Assembly (NCBI GenBank): GCA_045863855.1 | Contig: BTVV01000160.1 | Span: forward strand, 1 to 12,484 | Reading direction: 5' to 3' | Length of the DNA: 12,484 bases | From: Planctomycetota bacterium | GTDB taxonomy: Bacteria; Planctomycetota; SZUA-567; H5-PLA8 | Shown here: in pieces, positions 1 through 6,406 of the stretch | Numbering within the stretch: the stretch's first letter is position 1 | Layout of the letters: each line of letters starts with the position of its first letter | Notes under the pieces: generated by a model | What the model was told of the DNA's origin: nothing | The model's database searches: none | Seen by the model: the letters and a program-made list of their open reading frames with translations, nothing else | Position numbers and translations under genes: made by a program

Positions 1-34
1 CGGGCCGCGGAAGCAGGGACGCCTCCGCGGCCCG
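1..34 (-). terminator. Putative intrinsic terminator or stabilising hairpin downstream of the ECF sigma/anti-sigma operon
   Basis: CGGGCCGCGGA (1-11) is the exact reverse complement of TCCGCGGCCCG (24-34). The stem extends with a G-U pair on the minus strand and lies 27 nt after the stop codon at 62. Any U-tract would fall outside the window. Confidence 0.5.
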
Positions 35-61
35 CGGGCCGGTCCATGGAATGGGCGGATT

Positions 62-1978
62 CTACTTCTTATAGAGCGGCATGTAGCGGTAGTAGACTTC
101 CAGGCACATCACGGCGAGCGCGGTGCTCATGACGCGGCTGTCGTCCGCGCCGGCGCCCGTCGGATCCCAGCTTCCGTCTTCGGCGCCGCCCACGCGTTGG
201 CCGGGCAGCAGCGCGCCCTTCATGCCATCGTTCCAAAGCTTCCAGTGTTCGCCGCCGCCTTGGAACATGCCCAGGGTGGCGTAGTAGCCGAAGTACAGAT
301 TGAAGGGGTACTTCTTGGGCACCAGCTTATTCTTCATGATGTTCAACGGTCCGGCGACGCCGACCTGATCGAGCGTCGCGCCGGCGATGTGCATGCGGCA
401 CAGCGCGCAGGCGGCCATCACGGCGTACGAGCCCTTGCCCTTTTCCACGGCTCCGGGGCTGCCGCGGTAGGCCATGCGCCCGCCTTCCCAATCGTAGTCG
501 GGAACCGGATCGGTGGCCTTGAACGCGCCAAGGTCCTGCCCGATGTTGAGCCAGTTGATGGTGCCTTCGAAGGCCGCCGGATCGACCATCAGGCCCGCGA
601 CCTTGCCCGACTTCAGGGCCATCACGTTCCAGGCCATGACCGAAGAGTCGTTGGTCTTGCCGCCGGGGCCGTAGTCCCAAGCGAGGCGGTCGGACTCGCC
701 GTCGAGATGAATCTGGCCGAACTCGACGCCCTTGATGGCCTTCTGCGCGGCGTCTTTGGTGCGCGGGATGCGGCCCATGCCGGCGGCTTCGCACAGCGCC
801 ATGGTGGCGATGCCTTGAGTGTAGTTGCTGGCGACCCAGCGCCCTTCATGCGCGCGCGCGCCCTGCTCCTTGCCCATGTTCTCGATCAGCCAGTCCACGC
901 CCCTGCGAACGTTATCCTTATACTTGCCGACTTTTTCCGTGTGCCCCGCACCGAGAAATGCCAGCAGCGCGAAGCCGGTCATGGCCACATCGCCCTGCAT
1001 CCCGGTGTGCTTGCCGCCGTGGCGCGCGTTGTCCCAGCGCCCGTCGGCTTCCTGGTTGCGGGCGAGCCATTCGAGGCCCTTGTCGACGGCCGACTCGGTA
1101 TCGCGTCCACCGCCGTTGATGATGGAAAGCTTGCGCCGGCCGCCGCCCATGCGGTGCCCGAAAGCTCCGCCGCCGCCGCCGCCCATGCCCAGCGCGGCGA
1201 CCGTACCGACGCCGCCCAGTTGCACGTCGCTGATCGCGTTCTCGTCGCCGGTGGCCGTGGCATCCTGCATTTCATCGGCCGTCTCGACGTGGTCGGCCAC
1301 CTCGACTTCTTCGTGGACGACAACCACTTGGTCGCTGACCTGCTCGGTCGGCGCTTCCACCTTGACCTGCTTGAAGATGTCGCGGGGCTTCTGCTCTTCC
1401 TTCTCTTCTTCCTGTTCGGGCGCGCGGGCCAGATCGGTCACGATCACGGTGTCGTTGACTTTGGCGCGGAGCACGGCCATGCCGATCAAGGTAATCAGCA
1501 TCAGCAGGAGCGCGTGAAAGGCTCCGCTGATGACCCACCACGGCGCGGCGCCCAGTGCGCCGGCCAGCCGCGAGGAGCCGTCCCCTTCGCCGGCTTCGGC
1601 GCCGACCAATTCCCCTTCGCCTTCGGGAGCTTCGCCCTCGGCCCACGGCAGCGGAACCTGATCGACGGAAACGTCCTCGGGCGCGAGGACTTCCTGCCCG
1701 CGGCCGGGCGTGCTGAGGCGTTCCATCTGCTGGTCGATGTCGGAGAGGCGCTGCGAAGCGCGCTCGTCGAAGCCGGGATTGATCTGCAGCGTCCCAATGG
1801 TGCGGTCCATCAGGCCGACGAGCTGCTGGCGGCGGTCGTAGGCCGCGCGGCAGTGCGGATTCGACTTGACCAGATGCTTCATGTACTGCGCTTCGGTGGC
1901 CGAGAGGTTGCCCTCGACGAAGTCCCGCAGCTTTTCCTGAAAGAGGGCCAGTTCCATCTGGGCGTTCGAACCGCTCAT
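62..1978 (-). CDS. Membrane-anchored anti-sigma-like protein with C-terminal prenyltransferase/squalene-oxidase-repeat (alpha/alpha barrel) domain, 638 aa
   Basis: RBS AAAGGAG at 1992-1986 and an ATGA overlap with the ECF sigma stop. The N-terminus LRDFVEGNLSATEAQYMKHLVKSNPHCRAAYD resembles a zf-HC2/ZAS anti-sigma domain. TM helix APWWVISGAFHALLLMLITLIGM, then acidic and Gly-rich linkers. QW-type repeats (AVDKGLEWLARNQEADGRW, GQRVGGAEDGSWDP) and the ending STALAVMCLEVYYRY are typical of planctomycete prenyltransferase-repeat proteins. Confidence 0.8.
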   Translation of the reverse strand: MSGSNAQMELALFQEKLRDFVEGNLSATEAQYMKHLVKSNPHCRAAYDRRQQLVGLMDRTIGTLQINPGFDERASQRLSDIDQQMERLSTPGRGQEVLAPEDVSVDQVPLPWAEGEAPEGEGELVGAEAGEGDGSSRLAGALGAAPWWVISGAFHALLLMLITLIGMAVLRAKVNDTVIVTDLARAPEQEEEKEEQKPRDIFKQVKVEAPTEQVSDQVVVVHEEVEVADHVETADEMQDATATGDENAISDVQLGGVGTVAALGMGGGGGGAFGHRMGGGRRKLSIINGGGRDTESAVDKGLEWLARNQEADGRWDNARHGGKHTGMQGDVAMTGFALLAFLGAGHTEKVGKYKDNVRRGVDWLIENMGKEQGARAHEGRWVASNYTQGIATMALCEAAGMGRIPRTKDAAQKAIKGVEFGQIHLDGESDRLAWDYGPGGKTNDSSVMAWNVMALKSGKVAGLMVDPAAFEGTINWLNIGQDLGAFKATDPVPDYDWEGGRMAYRGSPGAVEKGKGSYAVMAACALCRMHIAGATLDQVGVAGPLNIMKNKLVPKKYPFNLYFGYYATLGMFQGGGEHWKLWNDGMKGALLPGQRVGGAEDGSWDPTGAGADDSRVMSTALAVMCLEVYYRYMPLYKK

Positions 1979-2589
1979 GCTTCGGCTCCTTTAGTGTGGC
2001 TTTCCTGGGCGCGGGCCTTGACGGCATCGGCGGGCGCGGCGCTGGTGATGATCGACGCCAAGCGCTGCTCCAGCAGATGGTCGGCCCTCGACAACTGGCT
2101 CTTCACGGTGCCCAAGGGGATGCCGAGCTTGTCGGCGATATCCTGATAGGGGAGGTGTTCCCAGTAGCGGAAGACGACCACGGTGCGCAGGTCTTCGGGC
2201 AGGCTGTCGACGGCGCGCGCGACGACCTCGCGCATGTCGACCCGGTCGAAACCGCCCGTGGCGGCGCCCGGATCCTGCGTCTGTTCCTTGGCCGACTTCT
2301 CGCGTACCCGCCGCCGCCGCAAATCCAGCGCGTTGCAGCGATTGATCTGGCGGATCCAGATTCCAAGCTTCAGCGGATCCTGAAGCCGGTTCAGATCCCG
2401 GTACGCGCGGCACAAGGACTCCTGCGCCACGTCTTCGGCGTCCTGGAGGTTGCCCAGAACGGCGAAACCCTGGTTCACCAAGTCGGCCCGGAAACGTTCG
2501 ACCAACAACCAGAACTGATCGAGCGGCACACCGGCCGGATCGGCGCGGTGCCGGATCAACTGCTCGATCATCAGGTCCGTGGTCGGCAT
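1975..2589 (-). CDS. ECF (sigma-70 group IV) RNA polymerase sigma factor, about 204 aa
   Basis: Region 2 motif DAEDVAQESLCRAY...WIRQINRCNALDLRRRR and region 4 motif LPEDLRTVVVFRYWEHLPYQDIADKLGIPLGTVKSQLSRA. Start placed at ATG 2589 because GAGGGG lies 7 nt upstream (ORF track starts at 2667). Confidence 0.93.
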   Translation of the reverse strand: MPTTDLMIEQLIRHRADPAGVPLDQFWLLVERFRADLVNQGFAVLGNLQDAEDVAQESLCRAYRDLNRLQDPLKLGIWIRQINRCNALDLRRRRVREKSAKEQTQDPGAATGGFDRVDMREVVARAVDSLPEDLRTVVVFRYWEHLPYQDIADKLGIPLGTVKSQLSRADHLLEQRLASIITSAAPADAVKARAQESHTKGAEA

Positions 2590-2656
2590 GTCCGGTCCCC
2601 TCGGGCATTCACTCACCAAGCCGTCTGAAGAGTGCGCCGAGTTCTCGATATTTTGG

Positions 2657-2682
2657 AACGAACCCACAATTCCAGAAGTTCA
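2657..2682 (-). promoter_or_regulatory. Candidate ECF-dependent (autoregulatory) promoter
   Basis: Minus strand reads TGAAC-N17-CGTT, matching the AAC (-35)/CGT (-10) pattern of ECF promoters, about 70 nt upstream of the sigma start. Confidence 0.45.
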
Positions 2683-2819
2683 CATTGTGCAGGATTCGGG
2701 AAGGCATGGCAAGAGATGCTTGTGCGGAAAGATACGGTCCCAAGTCGGCGGCTGAGCGCATCGTCCCTATAGAAGGTAGAGGATCGAGGCATGCACTGGT
2801 GCGAAAAATGTTTGCTGCC

Positions 2820-2848
2820 TTGACACTTCCGAGAGGGCGACCTAGGAT
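2820..2848 (+). promoter_or_regulatory. Sigma-70-type promoter for the coiled-coil/BRCT gene pair
   Basis: TTGACA (2820-2825), 17 nt spacer, TAGGAT (2843-2848), upstream of RBS GGAGG (2912-2916). Confidence 0.65.
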
Positions 2849-2923
2849 CGCTAAGTCTTAATTTACCATGATTTTGGTGCGAAGCGCCCACGTGCTTTCG
2901 TGGGGCTGCTTGGAGGCTTGCCG

Positions 2924-4222
2924 ATGCAAGATAACGGCCCGCTGATCGCGTTGATTTTCCTGATTCTACTGACCGCCGTATTCGGTCTCTTCGCGCATCA
3001 GGCATACAACGAACTGATGGGCGACGACCCGGAGGGGTTGCAGGGCGAGAGCACCAAGCTGGAGGCCGAGATCAAGCGCCAGCGCGAAGATCATCTCGTG
3101 GTGGAAGACGAGATCCGCAAAGTACAGATCGAGATTGAACAGAAGAAGGTGGAGATTCAGACCCAGCTGAACCGCCGCGACCGCTTCACGCGCTTGGCGG
3201 AAGACTACGATTCCGCACTGAAAGGCCGGCAGGCGATCGTGAACTCGGGGCGCTTGAGCCGCGGCGCCGCCACCGAACTCGGCGTGAAGGTGGCCGAAAA
3301 GAAGGACGAGACGCGCGCTTCGATCCGGCGCGACGAGAACGACACGCGCGAACGCGCGGATGCGCAGGTTCGCGAAATGGAAACGGCTCGCGAAAACGCC
3401 GTGAATCGCGCGGTCGAAGAACGCAAGAAGCATGAGCAGGGACAGAAGACGTTCCGGATGCAGAAGAATCTGGAGCAGACGGAAGTCGACGAATACAAGC
3501 GCCAACTCGACGCGCTGACGCAGCGCGAGGTGGAGCGCGCGACGGTGATGACGGAGATCGACGGCAAGGTCATCCTGTCGGATCCGGTGAACAATACGAT
3601 CGTGGTGAGCTTGGGAACGGTGCACGGGGTTCAGAACGGCTTCCGCTTCGAGTGCTTCACCATCCGCCCAGGCAATCAGAAGGTCCACAAGGCGTTCTTG
3701 GAAGTGCGCAAGGCGCTGCCGAGCGTCTCGGAATGCATGGTGGTGGAGAAGAAGGTCGAGTTGCCGCGCGATCCGCTTTCGGATTACGTCGCGCCGGAGC
3801 CGGAGTACAAGTTCAGCCCGTATCACGAATCGGGCCGCACCGGCAGCCCGCTGCTGCCGCTTTCCGCGCGCCCCAAGGAAGCCATGCTGGGCATGAACAA
3901 GCTGGATCCCGTCGTCGAAGGCGACTTCATCCAGAACCCCTTCTACGCGCCGGGCAAGAAGTTCACCTACTACATCAGCGGCAGCAAGGCGATCGTACAG
4001 GGCGTGCAGAAGGGCGCGATCCACTACACCTGGCCGCACATCCAGCGCACGATCGAGTTCTACGGCGGCAAGGTGGTCGAGAACGTCGATCTGGGCGTCA
4101 ACTACATCATCGCGCAGAAGAACGCGAAAGACGACGACGCCGATCAGTTCTCGCGCGCCGTGACGCTGGGGCTGCCGGTGATCTACGAGTGGGAACTGTT
4201 CCGTTTCCTGGATCAGCGTTAA
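2924..4222 (+). CDS. Membrane-anchored coiled-coil protein with FlgT-C-like beta-barrel and C-terminal BRCT-like domain, 432 aa
   Basis: GGAGG lies 7 nt before ATG 2924. N-terminal hydrophobic helix PLIALIFLILLTAVFGLFA, then about 170 aa of E/K/R/Q heptad-rich sequence. EIDGKVILSDPVNNTIVVSLGTVHGVQNGFRFECF is FlgT-C-like. IEFYGGKVVENVDLGVNYII...AVTLGLPVIYEWELFRFL is BRCT-like. Confidence 0.8.
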   Translation: MQDNGPLIALIFLILLTAVFGLFAHQAYNELMGDDPEGLQGESTKLEAEIKRQREDHLVVEDEIRKVQIEIEQKKVEIQTQLNRRDRFTRLAEDYDSALKGRQAIVNSGRLSRGAATELGVKVAEKKDETRASIRRDENDTRERADAQVREMETARENAVNRAVEERKKHEQGQKTFRMQKNLEQTEVDEYKRQLDALTQREVERATVMTEIDGKVILSDPVNNTIVVSLGTVHGVQNGFRFECFTIRPGNQKVHKAFLEVRKALPSVSECMVVEKKVELPRDPLSDYVAPEPEYKFSPYHESGRTGSPLLPLSARPKEAMLGMNKLDPVVEGDFIQNPFYAPGKKFTYYISGSKAIVQGVQKGAIHYTWPHIQRTIEFYGGKVVENVDLGVNYIIAQKNAKDDDADQFSRAVTLGLPVIYEWELFRFLDQR

Positions 4223-4300
4223 GCCGCGCGTTTTCGCGGAACATGCCGGTAACTGGGCGAGCCGGGACATTCGACGGGTAACGGGGAAAGAAGCGCGACC

Positions 4301-6139
4301 ATGTCAACCAAACAAACGGTCATCTTCATCTTCATGCTCATCTTCCTCGCCGGGGCGCTGACGACCCTGGGGATGTGGTTCCACTATCGCCTCGAAGTGG
4401 ACATCAAGAAGAAGACCATGACGCAGATCGGCGCCGATACGACGCTCGCCAAGAAGAAGCGCGACGGCCTGCGCAAGCTGTTGAACAACCCGGAGACGCC
4501 GGACGCCGACCTTTCGGGCCGCCTACAGGCCGTGCAGAAGGAAGCCGACCAGAAGTACGCGGAAGTGTGGGTCGACCAGCTCGCCGTCGAACCCGCCTAC
4601 CGCGCCAAGCTGCCCGAGATCGAAACCGAATGGAAGGCCTCGGGCGGGGAATGGACGAAGATCTACGAAGAGTGGACGAAGAAGAACGGACAGATTCGCG
4701 AAGCGATGGACGCCTTCGTCAAGGTACAGGTCGACGCGATCAAGCGCGTGGACGACGCGAAGGTGACGCTGGCTCAGGAACTGACCACCGAAGAGACGCA
4801 GCGCAAGCAGTTCGTCGAAGAACATCACAAGTGGGAAGACGAATTGGGCGGGATTCGCTACGAAGGCGAGGATCTGCTCGACAAGATCAACCACGTGACG
4901 CGCGAGTTGGAGCGGACGAGCGAGCAGGAAGTGGACGGCCGGATCATTCACTCGACGCCGTCGCTGGCCTTGGTGACGGTGGATTTGGGCTATCAGCAAG
5001 GCGCGCAGAAGGGCATGCGCTTCCAGATCTTCTCGGGCAAGCACACCGCCCCGGTCTTGAAGGGCGAGCTGATGCTGACCGAGATTCACGCGGCGAGCAG
5101 CGAAGCGGTGGTGCTCCCGACGGTAGGCCGACCGAAGTGGGATCCCCAGACGGGCTACGAAGCGGCCGATCCGAGAATGCGCTATTCGCCGTTGAGCGCC
5201 ACGGGCCCCGAAGAATCCGAGCCGATGCCGCTCGAAAAAATGAAGAGCAAAAAGGATCTGGTCGACGAGATCCGGCTGGAACAGATCAAGCGCGAACTGG
5301 GCCCCGAAGAAGTGACCCGGATCCTGGAAGAGCGGGCCGCGCCGACGCAGCCCCCCCTGGCGCTGGGCAAGGGCTTCGATCCGATCATCGAAGGCGACTG
5401 GATCTCGAACACCGAGTTCGTGCGCATCGAGACGGAACGCGAATGGCAGCGCAAGAGCACCGAAGAGTTGATGAGCCTGAAGGAAATCAACCTCGGTTCG
5501 CTCACGCTGTACCTGGCGGAGACGATCCGGCCGTACCGGCGCGAATTCCTGAAGCGCCTGTGCGAACGCAACCGCTGCAAAGCCGTGGACGGCATGTCGC
5601 CGGACGTGGACTTCATCGTCACCACGACGACCACCGGCCGCGAAGACCTGCTGGAACGTGAACTGGAGCCGCTGAAGGAAAAGCAGGACGTCTCGCCCGA
5701 AGTGGCGGCCAAGCGCATCACGCTGGCGGCGCTGAAGGAAGGCCGTAAGTTCGGTTCGCGCGTACTGACCGAAGAGGAACTGGAAGCGTACTTCATCAAG
5801 CGCCAGCGCAAGAACGAGTTGGCCAAGGGTAAAGCGATTCAGCCCGGGCAGTACATCTTCTTCGTAGTGGGCGAAACGAGGCGCCGGTCGGTGCGCGAGA
5901 CCGGCCTGTACATTAAGGAACACGGCGGCGCGATCGCCGAATCGCTCGACGCCGGCGTGGACTACGTCGTCGTGGGCGCCGGCCTGACCGACGCGAAGCT
6001 CGATAAGAAGTCGGGGCGGCTGTACTACCCTGGCCAGGACGCTCCGGAAGGCGCCGTTCCGTTCTACGAAGCGATGAAGCAGATGGGGCTGAAGATCCTG
6101 CGCGAAGAAGAACTGGATCACTTCTTCGGCCAGGACTAA
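4301..6139 (+). CDS. Paralogous membrane-anchored coiled-coil protein with FlgT-C-like barrel and two BRCT-like domains, 612 aa
   Basis: N-terminal TM helix, coiled coil, then EVDGRIIHSTPSLALVTVDLGYQQGAQKGMRFQIF. Two BRCT-like units: CKAVDGMSPDVDFIV...FGSRVLTEEELEAYF and IKEHGGAIAESLDAGVDYVVVG...MGLKILREEELDHFF. Host-like GC-rich codon usage. Confidence 0.8.
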   Translation: MSTKQTVIFIFMLIFLAGALTTLGMWFHYRLEVDIKKKTMTQIGADTTLAKKKRDGLRKLLNNPETPDADLSGRLQAVQKEADQKYAEVWVDQLAVEPAYRAKLPEIETEWKASGGEWTKIYEEWTKKNGQIREAMDAFVKVQVDAIKRVDDAKVTLAQELTTEETQRKQFVEEHHKWEDELGGIRYEGEDLLDKINHVTRELERTSEQEVDGRIIHSTPSLALVTVDLGYQQGAQKGMRFQIFSGKHTAPVLKGELMLTEIHAASSEAVVLPTVGRPKWDPQTGYEAADPRMRYSPLSATGPEESEPMPLEKMKSKKDLVDEIRLEQIKRELGPEEVTRILEERAAPTQPPLALGKGFDPIIEGDWISNTEFVRIETEREWQRKSTEELMSLKEINLGSLTLYLAETIRPYRREFLKRLCERNRCKAVDGMSPDVDFIVTTTTTGREDLLERELEPLKEKQDVSPEVAAKRITLAALKEGRKFGSRVLTEEELEAYFIKRQRKNELAKGKAIQPGQYIFFVVGETRRRSVRETGLYIKEHGGAIAESLDAGVDYVVVGAGLTDAKLDKKSGRLYYPGQDAPEGAVPFYEAMKQMGLKILREEELDHFFGQD

Positions 6140-6158
6140 GCAGGTCCGAAGGAAGCGG

Positions 6159-6194
6159 ATGCACGCGGGCGGCCTTTCAGCCGCCCGCTTGCAT
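6159..6194 (+). terminator. Hairpin/putative terminator after the BRCT-like gene pair
   Basis: ATGCA-C-GCGGGCGGC-[CTTTCA]-GCCGCCCGC-T-TGCAT, 20 nt after the stop at 6139. The U-tract is weak. Confidence 0.5.
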
Positions 6195-6223
6195 TACATG
6201 CGTATCGAATCCCGTGGACTCGC

Positions 6224-6252
6224 TTGCCAGGTGCGAGCGATACCGGCATATT
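6224..6252 (+). promoter_or_regulatory. Sigma-70-type promoter of the tRNA-Gly locus
   Basis: TTGCCA (6224-6229), 17 nt spacer, CATATT (6247-6252), then a GC-rich discriminator-like GGTGCCTC. The -10 ends 14 nt before the tRNA 5' end. Confidence 0.55.
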
Positions 6253-6266
6253 GGTGCCTCTGGAGC

Positions 6267-6305
6267 GCGGGCGTAGCTCAGCGGTAGAGCGTTGGCTTCC
6301 CAAGC
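6267..6305 (+). tRNA. tRNA-Gly(CCC), 5' half only (truncated at integration junction)
   Basis: GCGGGCG-TA-GCTC-AGCGGTA-GAGC-G-TTGGC-TT-CCC-AA-GC gives the acceptor 5' strand, a complete D-arm and an anticodon loop with CCC at 6299-6301. The anticodon stem should continue CAA but reads ACC. No TTCGA T-loop, CGCCCGC acceptor strand or CCA follows. Confidence 0.9.
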
Positions 6306-6333
6306 ACCTGCGCGTATCGCAAAGTCCTTCGCG

Positions 6334-6398
6334 TGTAATAAGTTACATCATCGGCATACTCTTGATTTTGAGGTTTGGCATACTCGTTTGGCATACTC
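6334..6398. repeat. att-site arm region: direct repeats (putative integrase arm-binding sites) and a short palindrome
   Basis: GTTTGGCATACTC occurs twice in tandem (6373-6385, 6386-6398), with a third core GGCATACTC at 6353-6361. Palindrome TGTAA-TAAG-TTACA at 6334-6347. Confidence 0.75.
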
Positions 6399-6406
6399 AC
6401 CGCACC

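Noticed and set aside
62..1130. Catalytic squalene-hopene cyclase
   Set aside because: Single barrel with no clear DxDD motif, fused to a TM helix and an anti-sigma-like N-terminus.
197..2146. 649-aa plus-strand ORF, plus 825-1517 and 1996-2628
   Set aside because: Antisense shadows of the well-supported minus-strand genes. Long stop-free antisense frames are expected in GC-rich DNA and these show no recognisable motifs.
2966..6121. Minus-strand ORFs of 434 aa and 532 aa, and the Arg-rich alternative-frame ORF 4375-5661
   Set aside because: Shadow frames of the two plus-strand genes, which have the promoter, plausible starts and coherent domain structure.
6165..6229. Possible permuted tRNA: TCGAATCCCGT (6205-6215) resembles a T-arm, CGCTTGC could wobble-pair with the acceptor strand, and the 6165-6188 hairpin contains GCGGGCG/CGCCCGC
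   Set aside because: The T-stem does not pair properly, the TTC is missing, spacing to the acceptor strand is wrong and there is no discriminator-CCA. The segments are better explained as a terminator hairpin and the -35 box.
6261..6266. Leader TGGAGC is complementary to the expected tRNA-Gly 3' end GCTCCA
   Set aside because: Only 6 nt, and the minus strand does not form a tRNA there, so it cannot be distinguished from chance.
6306..6406. Group I intron interrupting the tRNA, or a mini CRISPR array from the GGCATACTC repeats
   Set aside because: The break is in the anticodon stem rather than at a typical loop intron position, and no group I core or second exon is visible. The repeats are 9-13 bp without spacer-length gaps and no cas genes are present.
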